DNA of 64,000 nt from Gemmatimonadota bacterium (GCA_039588295.1 JBDHAB010000002.1:143663-207662); one strand, 5' to 3'. Counted from the stretch's first letter, positions 29,760 through 38,584 are shown. Translations and numbers: made by a program. Notes: generated from the sequence alone by a model not told the origin.

Positions 29760-30671
29760 CTAAGTGTAAGCCCCTCGGAAACCGAGCCCATGGACTCGAA
29801 GAAACGCGCGTTGCGATTCCTTCATCGCCTCCCGTTCGCCGTACACGGCGACTTGACGCCCCCCCAGCTTCGGCACCCACACGATAAACGGTCCTTCGAA
29901 CTCCCCCTCGTCGGGCTTTGCTGGCCGCCCTGCCTCTGGATCGACCACCACCCACTCGTCGTGGTTCACGAACCAGTCGTACGCCTTGTCGGGATACCGT
30001 GCGGCGACCTGCCAGAACTCCGGACGGCGGCGCCTGGCATAAAGCCAAACGAGAAAAGCAACACCGCCCGTGACGAATGCGATTGGAAACAGCAGCACGG
30101 TGCGAAACCCGCGTGATACCGGCGCCGGCGGGTCCGCCCAAGCTGGGTCAATCAACCGTTCTTGGCGCTCGGCGCAGCGCGCCAGCACCTGAACCTCCGC
30201 ACCCAGGGCAGCGCCCAGCGCCGGCGCAGAGCCGAGTACCACTTCGAGCGTGTCACCAACGTGACACAGCCTGCTGATGGTCTCGTCAGGTTGCCAGCTC
30301 CAATAGAGCATCTCCACCCGCAGTCGACGCTCCGACAGCAACTCAACATCCGCCCAGATATGTGATGTGTCACGGTGAGCGAACGCCCACGCCGAGTCAG
30401 CGCGGACGCTCTTGGGGAGAACGCGGACCAAAGCGTCGAGATAGATGGTCTCGACATCGGTGCGAGTGAAGGGTATCTGCGCGGCTTCCGTCTGAAACTG
30501 AATGGCGACCGGAAGCGCTTCGGTCAGACTATCACACACCTCCGCGGTATCGACCCCGCGCGAAGGAGTGGCGCAGTGCGCAACGGCACGTCGTGGCTCC
30601 TGCGCCGCGAGGGTGGCGAGCCCGATGACGGCAAGGAGCGCGAGCAAGGCCACGAGCGTGGGAGTCAACAC
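29760..30671 (-). CDS. Single-pass membrane protein, hypothetical (start uncertain)
   Basis: N-terminal signal-like segment, TM followed by RRRRP, cytoplasmic tail. Confidence 0.55.
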   Translation of the reverse strand: MLTPTLVALLALLAVIGLATLAAQEPRRAVAHCATPSRGVDTAEVCDSLTEALPVAIQFQTEAAQIPFTRTDVETIYLDALVRVLPKSVRADSAWAFAHRDTSHIWADVELLSERRLRVEMLYWSWQPDETISRLCHVGDTLEVVLGSAPALGAALGAEVQVLARCAERQERLIDPAWADPPAPVSRGFRTVLLFPIAFVTGGVAFLVWLYARRRRPEFWQVAARYPDKAYDWFVNHDEWVVVDPEAGRPAKPDEGEFEGPFIVWVPKLGGRQVAVYGEREAMKESQRAFLRVHGLGFRGAYT

Positions 30672-30706
30672 GCCGCGATCCGCCGCCAGAGACCTCAGAG
30701 CTTCGG

Positions 30707-31186
30707 TCAACGCGCGCGTTGATACGTTCCGACGAGCTGGGTGCTCGCGAGAATGTGACCGGTCATCGCTTGCTCGACGGCGGCCTTGGTGGGCTTCCGT
30801 GGATCCGGAAGCTCCACGTCCAGCGCGTACAACTTGTGGAAGTAGCGGTGACGGCCAATTGGCGGACACGGCCCACCGTAATCCGACCGATTCCAATCGT
30901 TGAGCCCCGGTTTGGCTCCAGGCGGCAAGTCCGCTCCCGACACCCGCGGCGGCAGGTGCGTCACCGACGGAGGCAAATTGTAGAGAACCCAGTGGACCCA
31001 GGTCATCTTCGGGGCCGCCGGATCCGGGGCATCGGGATCGTCCACGATGAGCACCAGGCTTTGCGTTCCCGGCGGCAACCCATCCCACTCCAGCGGCGGC
31101 GAGGCATCCTCTCCATCACAGGTATACCCGCTGGGAATCTCCTGCCCGTCGGCAAAAGCCGGGGACGTCAACGTGAGTTCCATCAT
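30707..31186 (-). CDS. YbhB/YbcL PEBP (Raf kinase inhibitor-like) protein
   Basis: YTCDG, SPPL, DDPDAP, WVHW, YGGPCPP.G.HRY. Confidence 0.95.
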   Translation of the reverse strand: MMELTLTSPAFADGQEIPSGYTCDGEDASPPLEWDGLPPGTQSLVLIVDDPDAPDPAAPKMTWVHWVLYNLPPSVTHLPPRVSGADLPPGAKPGLNDWNRSDYGGPCPPIGRHRYFHKLYALDVELPDPRKPTKAAVEQAMTGHILASTQLVGTYQRAR

Positions 31187-31227
31187 CAGTGCCTCCGCTG
31201 AAGTCAGGGCGTCGGCCCCGGGGACGA

Positions 31228-31923
31228 CTAGTGGAACTTAAAGCCGAGTCCGAACACCAGCAGCGTCTCCCGAACGGCAGTGCGCGTCGTCAGCTTGGAC
31301 CCATCCGTGAACTGAAGGATCGGGCTTCCCACGTCGCCCTGGTTCCCGTAGTGCAGCCGGATCGCGGGAGCAAACGACATGTCGGCGCCGACCCGCAGGT
31401 CGTATCCCGTACCCGCGCTCAGCCCAATGCCGACGCCCGACTCGGCCGGTCCATCGACCGCGGGGCTCCGGAACGCAGAACGACCGAGCCCCGCTTCCAC
31501 AAACCAGCCCGCCGAGCGAATGGGGTACACCTGAGCGGCCACGCCGAGGATAACCGCACCGTCGTTCGTGCCGGGTCGGCGCCACGCGTCGACCGCCATA
31601 CTGAGTAGCAGCCGCGGCCTCAGTGTGTAGCCGGCGCGCAGGAACCCAAGGGTGGCGGCAGCGCCTCCCGCGTATTGACAGGATTCGGCTGTCGGCTCTG
31701 GCTGCCAGGGACCCCCGGTGCCGCCTGCGCAGGAGAACGCCAGCCGACCGTACCCCAGCCCGGCACTCAGCCAGAAGCCCTGTCGTGCATGCCGGACTGG
31801 AATGGCTGTGGAATCCTGCGCTGAGAGAGGTGCTGATGCCCCGGTCATGAGCACCAGGGCCAGCAATGCTGCCTGATGGAGCACGCCACTGATGGAGCGG
31901 ACGTCTTCTCCGAAATGTCGCAT
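31228..31923 (-). CDS. Outer-membrane beta-barrel protein
   Basis: Signal peptide LSA-Q; RQGFWLSAGLGYG, GYDLRVG, ends GFKFH. Confidence 0.7.
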   Translation of the reverse strand: MRHFGEDVRSISGVLHQAALLALVLMTGASAPLSAQDSTAIPVRHARQGFWLSAGLGYGRLAFSCAGGTGGPWQPEPTAESCQYAGGAAATLGFLRAGYTLRPRLLLSMAVDAWRRPGTNDGAVILGVAAQVYPIRSAGWFVEAGLGRSAFRSPAVDGPAESGVGIGLSAGTGYDLRVGADMSFAPAIRLHYGNQGDVGSPILQFTDGSKLTTRTAVRETLLVFGLGFKFH

Positions 31924-31988
31924 CGGTGCGCCACCGTACGGTCCACCCCAAAGCTGCGCAAGACTTCCCAGTCGGGCAAGCCAATATG

Positions 31989-32906
31989 CTACTGATTCGC
32001 CGACTCGAGCGCAGTCTTGATTTCCTCGATATCCACGTCCACAACCCACACATCAAAACTGTCGGATCTCGTGCTCGTGAACGCGATCTTGGTCCCATCC
32101 GGGGACCATCGGGGCGTATCGTCATACGCCGGATGAACCGTGATCTGTATCGGCGTCCCGCCATCCGCCGGCATGATCCACAGATCGCAGTTACGACCCT
32201 CGCAGGCGACGAACGCCAACAACGTGCCGTCCGGCGAGAGGTCCATGTAGCGATAGGGCCGGGCTCTTTCAAACGTAAGCTGCAGAGGTTCCGCTCCGGT
32301 CAGCGACACCTTCCATATCGTCGCTGCCGGTGATTCCACAGCTCTCACCGTCACATAGATGCTGTTCCCGTCGTGCGACCAACAGCCGGGTATGGGATAC
32401 GTATTCTCCTGGCTGAAGACGATCTCCGCGTCGCCCGTTCGAATGTCTAGCACCCACAGGTTCGATCCCTCCTTGAAAGCGATGCGGCTGCCATCCGGCG
32501 ACCAATTGGGGTTCCCGCCTCGATAGACGGGAATGGACTTGGGAACGATACGAATCGGTTGACCGCCGTGAGACGATATGAGCTTGATGCTGTTGCCCGA
32601 GTCTGCATCGAACACGATGTAGTGTCCGTCGAGTGACCAGTTCGGATGCTCTCCAATGAAATGGGTGAACTGCCTGGGCTCACCTCCGTCGGCCGGAACT
32701 TTCCACAGACCAGTCATCTCGGCGCTGTCGCGGCTCACGAATGAGTACACGATGGTCTCTCCGTCGGGGGACCACGCGGGAAACCCCTCCTGCGCCGGAT
32801 GAGAAGTGACTTGGTGCACCGGGTACTGCGCTTGAGTTTCGAGTACGGGAGCGCAGAGGGAAACAATGAAGAGCAGCGCTGCGACGAAGAGTTCATTGGT
32901 GTGCAT
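31989..32906 (-). CDS. Exported TolB-like beta-propeller (PD40 repeats)
   Basis: Repeated PAWSPDG / PNWSPDG / PRWSPDG; signal peptide; GGAGGAG RBS. Confidence 0.9.
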   Translation of the reverse strand: MHTNELFVAALLFIVSLCAPVLETQAQYPVHQVTSHPAQEGFPAWSPDGETIVYSFVSRDSAEMTGLWKVPADGGEPRQFTHFIGEHPNWSLDGHYIVFDADSGNSIKLISSHGGQPIRIVPKSIPVYRGGNPNWSPDGSRIAFKEGSNLWVLDIRTGDAEIVFSQENTYPIPGCWSHDGNSIYVTVRAVESPAATIWKVSLTGAEPLQLTFERARPYRYMDLSPDGTLLAFVACEGRNCDLWIMPADGGTPIQITVHPAYDDTPRWSPDGTKIAFTSTRSDSFDVWVVDVDIEEIKTALESANQ

Positions 32907-32983
32907 GGGGACTCCTCCTGTAACACCATAACGTTACCGTTCCTTCGTCGGTGACGTCCAGCGAGCGCCCGAACGCGGAGCCA

Positions 32984-33000
32984 GTGGCAATCCTTGCCAC
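32984..33000. promoter_or_regulatory. Perfect inverted repeat, candidate operator
   Basis: GTGGCAA-TCC-TTGCCAC in the divergent gap between the TolB-like and radical SAM genes. Confidence 0.4.
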
Positions 33001-33098
33001 GGTTCACATTCGGGTCCAAGTTCGTAGAAGAACGTCAATGCAGGAGAAGCGTGCGGCAGGGCCGATGGCTAGAGTAATCCACGGATGAGGCAATCCGA

Positions 33099-34166
33099 GT
33101 GAACCAGAACCACAGCGACGAGCCCCGTCAGGCCGACATGTATCCGGCTAGGCCACCGATGCGCTTGGGACTCGCCATTACAGAGCACTGCAATCTCCGC
33201 TGTCCACATTGCATCCGTGACGACGTGACGACGGTTCGCTCTCTCGAGACCGAGCTGATAGCCTCAATCGTGGATCAGGCGAAGGCGCTGTACGGCTCCG
33301 TGGTCGTCAGTCTCACCGGGGGAGAACCTCTACTTCATCCCGAGTTCGCAAGGATCGCTGATATCTTCGTGGAGCGCGCCGTTCCGTACCGATTCGTCAG
33401 CAACGGATGGCACGTGAACCGGATCGCGCGGATCGTGCGTCGCTGCGCGCCTCAAGCGGTGCGGCTGAGCCTCTCCGGTGCCACGCCAGAGACCCATGAT
33501 GCCGAACGTGGCGACGGGAGCTTCCATCGGGTACTCCGGAGTCTCGCCGTGCTCACGAGCGAGCAGATTCCTTGCGACCTGTCGATGGTGATCGATCGGC
33601 GCAATCGACACGAACTCGAGGTGGCGGCCGACCTAGCGGAGTCATTGGGATGTCTCAGTATCAGCTTCATTCTGCCCCAACCGACGCCGGGGAGCGCCGA
33701 GCGGGACAGCGATCTGCCTCCAGATGCTTGGTTGCCGACCAAACGTGCGCTGGAGAACCTGGCACAAGAACCCGGACGGCAGTCACGAGTGAGGATCGAC
33801 TACGGTTATCCATTCGACGGCCCCGAGACTCCGTGCGAGACGTTCGCTCTCCAAAGGATCTACGTGGACACGCGTGGGCGGGTTTGCACGTGCTGTCAGC
33901 TGTCGAACTACGGCTTTACGGAGACGGAAACGGTCGCGGACTTACACACCACATCTCTTGCCGAGGCGCATGACCTCTACGTTACGCGGCTCGAGGCATT
34001 GCGCCAAGCACAGCAGCCAGACTCCGCAGCACCACACCTGAGCGATCCGTTTCCGTGTATCCGGTGCGCTCGAGCGAGCGGAAAGCTCGGATGGCTGGCG
34101 GACTTCCCCCAGTCCGCATGGCACGGAGCGGCACGCCAGCCAACCAAGGTCACGCCAGCCGCATGA
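33099..34166 (+). CDS. Radical SAM enzyme with SPASM/Twitch-like C-terminus; candidate peptide maturase
   Basis: CNLRCPHC, TGGEP, SNG; C-terminal PC...GRVCTCC...PCIRC; no N-terminal RRE. Confidence 0.88.
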   Translation: MNQNHSDEPRQADMYPARPPMRLGLAITEHCNLRCPHCIRDDVTTVRSLETELIASIVDQAKALYGSVVVSLTGGEPLLHPEFARIADIFVERAVPYRFVSNGWHVNRIARIVRRCAPQAVRLSLSGATPETHDAERGDGSFHRVLRSLAVLTSEQIPCDLSMVIDRRNRHELEVAADLAESLGCLSISFILPQPTPGSAERDSDLPPDAWLPTKRALENLAQEPGRQSRVRIDYGYPFDGPETPCETFALQRIYVDTRGRVCTCCQLSNYGFTETETVADLHTTSLAEAHDLYVTRLEALRQAQQPDSAAPHLSDPFPCIRCARASGKLGWLADFPQSAWHGAARQPTKVTPAA

Positions 34167-34549
34167 AGCGTTTGCCGCAAATCGCCGTCGGATGTCTTGC
34201 GGCCGTTCGGACCCCGTTCTGGATTCACGGGCCACGTCTGGAGACGCTCTTGACCGGGCCGGCAGATTCCCACCAACGGTCCGGGAGTCCCGGAGTCGCG
34301 ATCAGGGTGTCTCGACTAGCCCTGCGGATGCTGGGCCGGCTCCCGCTGTTGCCCTGGCGGAACACGTGCCTCTATCGAAGCGTCGCCGAGTGCTTGGTGC
34401 TTCGGAGCTACGGAATCGGGTGCCGGTTACAGGTGGGGGTCAAGCGTGCCTCGTCGGCCCCGGACTCGATCGACGCGCATGCGTGGGTCCTGCGAGATGG
34501 TGAGGATCTCGGCAGCGCCTCACACACGCTCCTTCGACCCAGCCCGTGA
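34163..34549 (+). CDS. Lasso-peptide B2-type leader peptidase (transglutaminase-like Cys protease)
   Basis: TCLYRS, LQVGV, AHAWV; ATGA-coupled to the radical SAM gene. Confidence 0.88.
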   Translation: MKRLPQIAVGCLAAVRTPFWIHGPRLETLLTGPADSHQRSGSPGVAIRVSRLALRMLGRLPLLPWRNTCLYRSVAECLVLRSYGIGCRLQVGVKRASSAPDSIDAHAWVLRDGEDLGSASHTLLRPSP

Positions 34550-34589
34550 CGACCTCCGCTAGCACCGCTCACTGAGGAGTGGGTTCGCC

Positions 34590-35105
34590 TCAGTACTCTA
34601 TGCTGGGGCACTCAACGCGGCGAGCGAGCACCGGAGCTGTTCCCGTAGAGGGCTTTCCTTCCACCCGCTCGTCGGTGAAGGACGTGATTTCGCCCCTCAG
34701 ATCCTGGCCCTCGATATGAAGCGTCATACTCACACCGGCCAGTGCTCCGGGGTGACCGATGAACAGCGAATCTCCGGCCACGAACCGCCAGTAGTTGAAC
34801 GGGTGATCCCAGGCCCGACCCTCAGTGATACTGTGCGCCACGAACACGGTGCCGTACTGTTGCACTAAGCTCGGCCAAACCGTCAGCTTCGCGGTGTCGA
34901 GCTTGACGGTGGGTGCACTACCCCAGGCGGCGCGTTGCCGCTCTGCCTCCGGTCCCGGTTCGCCGGACCAGAACTCCAACTCATAGCAGCCCGCGACCTG
35001 TTCCGGAAGCGGCAGGCGATCTCGTTGGGTGTTCGACGCAGAACAGCCTCCGACGGCCGTCCACAGTGCCGACAGCATGAGCGAGGCAGACCTTGCTGCG
35101 TGCAT
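34590..35105 (-). CDS. Lipoprotein, hypothetical
   Basis: Lipobox VGGC; AGCYEL ... ARRVEC. Confidence 0.65.
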   Translation of the reverse strand: MHAARSASLMLSALWTAVGGCSASNTQRDRLPLPEQVAGCYELEFWSGEPGPEAERQRAAWGSAPTVKLDTAKLTVWPSLVQQYGTVFVAHSITEGRAWDHPFNYWRFVAGDSLFIGHPGALAGVSMTLHIEGQDLRGEITSFTDERVEGKPSTGTAPVLARRVECPSIEY

Positions 35106-35118
35106 CCCGAGCCTCTGG

Positions 35119-36246
35119 CTATTCGAGCACGCCCGCGGCCCGGCGCGGCGCGCCCGTGCCGGTGGGTATCTCGACCGTCGCACTTGGATCCGCGGGGTCG
35201 AGCCAGCGAAGGGTGGGCGTGTTCCCGATCCATGCCGTGTACACGATTCGACCGTCCGGCAGCCACGCAGGCTCGCCGTCGGCGCCCGGACGATCGGTGA
35301 GCTGTGTCAGAGCCATGGTGTTCAAGTCCAGGAGGAACAGCTCGGTGTCTCCGGTGCTGTCCGATGCAAACACGACCGATTCGCCGTCCATACTCCATGC
35401 CGGCTCCACCGCTGCCGTGTTGCTGAGGACGAGGACTGTGGGCGTCCCTCCGGGGATCTGTAGGGTGAAGACGTCGGCCGTGCCGTTCGTGGTGGAGACG
35501 AACACCAGCCGGTCTCCCGAGGGACCCCAGCTCGGCGATGCCTCCACCGACCCGCCAGTTCCGAACCCTACCGTGACAGCCTGAGCGTTGCTCCCGTCTG
35601 CCTGCACGGTCCAGAGCTTGAACACTCCGGTTGGGTTCGCGGTGTAGGCGATCTGACCACCACCCGGCGTGAGGGCTGGCTGTATCTCACTGTCGGCGGT
35701 GTCCGTCAGCCGGACAGCCGGGCCACTACCATCCAACGGCACCGAGTAGAGCTCGGCGTTGCCGTCCCGGAAGCTGGTGAAGACGATGGTCCCTCCCGCG
35801 GCCGTCGGGTCCTCATCATCAGCCGCTGCGTCGGTGAGAGATTCGAGACCGTCTCCATCAAGGAACATGCTGTAGATATCACGGTTGCCGTTCAGCAAGA
35901 GATCGAATACCACTCGCGGCGGGAGAGCGATTTCCAACACACGTGTACCCATCACGATGCTACGAGCCTCGATCTGCGCTTCGGCTTGGAGCGTGACGGT
36001 TCCCGCACTCAAGAACGTGACTCGGCCTTCGGAGAGAAACTGCAGCAGGTTGGGTGGTTCTGCGGTCCACTCGATTAGGGAATCGGCGACCGGCTCGCCC
36101 TCGAACACGACGCGCACCTGCGCCGTCGAGCTCCGCTCGATGCGACCGTCGATCTCGATCTCCAGCACAGGAACAGGGCCCGTCGCGTCACAGCTCGTCA
36201 GTGCGGCTGTCAACGCGACAGGCCCGAGAACGCGCCATGGCGACAC
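35119..36246 (-). CDS. Lipoprotein with Ig-like domain and TolB-like propeller
   Basis: Lipobox LTSC; RDGNAELY, SPSWGPSG, EPAWSMDG, EPAWLPDG. Confidence 0.85.
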   Translation of the reverse strand: MSPWRVLGPVALTAALTSCDATGPVPVLEIEIDGRIERSSTAQVRVVFEGEPVADSLIEWTAEPPNLLQFLSEGRVTFLSAGTVTLQAEAQIEARSIVMGTRVLEIALPPRVVFDLLLNGNRDIYSMFLDGDGLESLTDAAADDEDPTAAGGTIVFTSFRDGNAELYSVPLDGSGPAVRLTDTADSEIQPALTPGGGQIAYTANPTGVFKLWTVQADGSNAQAVTVGFGTGGSVEASPSWGPSGDRLVFVSTTNGTADVFTLQIPGGTPTVLVLSNTAAVEPAWSMDGESVVFASDSTGDTELFLLDLNTMALTQLTDRPGADGEPAWLPDGRIVYTAWIGNTPTLRWLDPADPSATVEIPTGTGAPRRAAGVLE

Positions 36247-36260
36247 GAGTGGCCCTCGGC

Positions 36261-38045
36261 TTACCGCCGCCGGTCGGGACGAAGCAACGTGATTCGGCCC
36301 TCCTCATCCACCCCGTAGAGCGGCCCCTGCCACATATCATCGAGGAGCTGCAGCTGGGTGGCATCTGCCACAGGCGCTCCGAGGGCGGGCGGTGCGCAGA
36401 ACGGGCAGGTCCATGTATCCCAGCCTGAGGCGGCAACCGTGTAGCCCATGTCAGCTAGCGCTTTCACGGTCACCTCGCTGAGTGGTATGGGAGTCATGGG
36501 AGCTTCAATGAAGCCCGTCATGAGCTCGTCATTCAGCACCGACTCACGCCAGTGCCCGCACCTTGTCCCAGGACCAAAATCATTCTCGACCGGCACCTTG
36601 TTTCCAACGTAGGTGCCACCACCGTTGCTGTTGAAGGCAGCAATCGCGAGCGGCCCGTTGAAGTAGGGGTCAGTCGTGAGCGGGGGCGGCGGGTCATCCG
36701 CAACCGGGAAGCAATCAGTCAGTAGGCCATTGTCGTCGGACAGCAGTCCCATGCTGATCCACCTAGACGTGCCCATGCCCAGCACGTGCCCCATCTCGTG
36801 CAGGACCACGTCTCCAAACTGATTGTTCGCCTCCATGTTGGCCACGTCTGCGGTGTCGAACGTCATGACTCCATAGATCGGGAGCCCGCCCGTTGTCCGG
36901 ACAAAACAGGGACCCGCACTCCCGAGGATATTCCCGGGACCGTCGATACTGTCGAGCACAGCATTGATCGCCAAGTCATCGACGATCTCATCGATCGGCA
37001 TCCCACACTCGTTGCCGCCCCACGTGAGCAAGACGGGAGATAGATCCCCAGTGATGAGGCTCTCCCAACGAGCCGCGGCACTATTGAAGGCGGCCTCTTG
37101 GCTCGCCGTCATGGGAGTCAGGAAGTGAAGCTCGATCTGAAAGCCCGCAACGAAGGGGTTCACGGTGATGCGCGAGGTCCCGTCGGCCTCTGGGCCGCCG
37201 GTCGACCCGATAATGTCGACCACCCCGTCCGACACAGCCGTGACCACGCCCGTGCTGGGATCAACGCTGGCGATTGACGGATCTGAACTCGTCCACGTGA
37301 CTGTGCCGCCAATGTCCCGATCGACGACATCACGGACCGTCGCGCTCAACGGAATAGTCGCCCCACCGACAGTCGTGAACCCCGAACCCGGGGTCACATC
37401 GACATATCCGTTCTCACCCCACACATCAGCATCGACGAAGACGGTGAATCCGAACGTGGTTACGGAACTGGGCACGTCCCATATCCACGTCTTCGGTGAA
37501 GTGGTGCCGTTCGCCGGAACGTATTCGAGATACTCAAAATACGGCTGGTTTGATCCGGTGAAAGTCCCGGTCCCATCCGCGTTATTCACCGTAACCGTAC
37601 CCGTTCCGCTCGTCACGTTGGGTCCGGTGTGGTGGAACACTCTGACTCCGGTCGTCGTGATCCCCCCGTCCGGACTGCCCAGCCCCTGAGTGATGAGGTT
37701 TGTGACTGTGACGTCGGCTTGGAAGAACTGCGACCCGTCGTAGCTCACACTGCTCGACGTGAGCGTAACATACTGATTCTGGCCACCGAGAATCACCCGT
37801 TGCGGACCCGGTTCGGTCTCACCAGCGACCACTGAACTCGGCCCGCACGAGATCTCACCCGCTGCCACGTGCGCGGTACAGGTTAACGACGCGACGACAT
37901 TCCGGTTGCGGGCAGGTTCAGTGACTTCTTCCTTCGTCACTTCCTCCGGAGAGGTCACGGGTATGTCGTCCATGCACGCCACGACCAAGAACGGCAGCGC
38001 GAGGAAGACGATGAGGCGATTCACGGTCGCTAGGTTGCCGCGCAT
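36261..38045 (-). CDS. Lipoprotein: Ig-like (Big_2) domain plus leishmanolysin-like (M8) Zn metalloprotease
   Basis: ATG 38045 with GGAGGG RBS; lipobox VVAC; VTWTSSDPSIASVD; HEMGHVLG, GHWRE, ELMTG Met-turn. Confidence 0.85.
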   Translation of the reverse strand: MRGNLATVNRLIVFLALPFLVVACMDDIPVTSPEEVTKEEVTEPARNRNVVASLTCTAHVAAGEISCGPSSVVAGETEPGPQRVILGGQNQYVTLTSSSVSYDGSQFFQADVTVTNLITQGLGSPDGGITTTGVRVFHHTGPNVTSGTGTVTVNNADGTGTFTGSNQPYFEYLEYVPANGTTSPKTWIWDVPSSVTTFGFTVFVDADVWGENGYVDVTPGSGFTTVGGATIPLSATVRDVVDRDIGGTVTWTSSDPSIASVDPSTGVVTAVSDGVVDIIGSTGGPEADGTSRITVNPFVAGFQIELHFLTPMTASQEAAFNSAAARWESLITGDLSPVLLTWGGNECGMPIDEIVDDLAINAVLDSIDGPGNILGSAGPCFVRTTGGLPIYGVMTFDTADVANMEANNQFGDVVLHEMGHVLGMGTSRWISMGLLSDDNGLLTDCFPVADDPPPPLTTDPYFNGPLAIAAFNSNGGGTYVGNKVPVENDFGPGTRCGHWRESVLNDELMTGFIEAPMTPIPLSEVTVKALADMGYTVAASGWDTWTCPFCAPPALGAPVADATQLQLLDDMWQGPLYGVDEEGRITLLRPDRRR

Positions 38046-38170
38046 CTTTCGTCCCTCCAGATCAGGCGATCCAGGAGTGTCTTGGAGTCGCAACACCGAC
38101 CCCTCGACGTCACTACGGACGCATCGGGAATCGCAGGTCGGCGCGTTTGCAGAACTCGATTCCAGTTGCC

Positions 38171-38191
38171 AAAAAACAGCCCGGTGGGCCG
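38171..38191 (-). terminator. Intrinsic terminator after the small peptide gene
   Basis: CGGCCC-ACC-GGGCTG-TTTTTT, 12 nt after the TAG. Confidence 0.65.
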
Positions 38192-38203
38192 GATTCGACC
38201 GAC

Positions 38204-38377
38204 CTAGAAGACGCTGCTGCCGCCGCCCGGGTTACCGGTACCGGGGATCGGACTCCCAGTCTGCAGTGTGAGATCGGTGAGCCTCGGCAACTCTCGAAGC
38301 TCCGGCACGACCCATGGCTTTCGACGTCGCCCGCTACCCTGTGTTGCGACCTGTGCCACATCGTCGTCATGCTGCAT
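38204..38377 (-). CDS. RiPP precursor peptide with lasso-type leader (57 aa; not in ORF track)
   Basis: Manual translation MQHDDDVAQVATQGSGRRRKPWVVPELRELPRLTDLTLQTGSPIPGTGNPGGGSSVF; GGAGG RBS; W22xxP25xL27...T37. Confidence 0.8.
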   Translation of the reverse strand: MQHDDDVAQVATQGSGRRRKPWVVPELRELPRLTDLTLQTGSPIPGTGNPGGGSSVF

Positions 38378-38521
38378 GACGAGCCTCCAGCAGGATACTG
38401 AGGCTTACATATGCACCACCGGTCTCTGCGCGTCAAGCGCGTGTCGGGGGCACGCCGCATCTCCTCGATCGCCGCTGCATGCACATGAAGGCCGCCGCCT
38501 CAGGCTCCCACCCACCACGAC

Positions 38522-38577
38522 TTGACACGCGACCCCACTCCACCAATATTCCCCATATGAAAAGAATTTTTCGGATA
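38522..38577 (+). promoter_or_regulatory. Promoter (TTGACA) plus candidate BlaI-family operator 1
   Basis: TTGACA 38522-38527; quasi-palindrome TGAAAAGAATTTTTCGGATA 38558-38577. Confidence 0.55.
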
Positions 38578-38584
38578 CACGCCC

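Noticed and set aside
9719..32906. Integron or prophage
   Set aside because: No integrase, attC repeats or phage structural genes recognised.
33038..33088. 16-aa ORF MQEKRAAGPMARVIHG upstream of the radical SAM gene as precursor
   Set aside because: No RBS and no leader motif; the 38204-38377 ORF fits far better.
38136..38171. Sigma54 promoters here and at 32985
   Set aside because: GG-to-GC spacing is 11 and 8 nt, not the required 10.
33099..38377. Conventional lasso peptide cluster
   Set aside because: No cyclase or RRE in the window, and the precursor core lacks the Asp/Glu needed for the macrolactam.
38113..38484. 123-aa track ORF and overlapping plus-strand ORFs
   Set aside because: Shadow frames over the 57-aa peptide gene, which has the RBS, leader motif and terminator.
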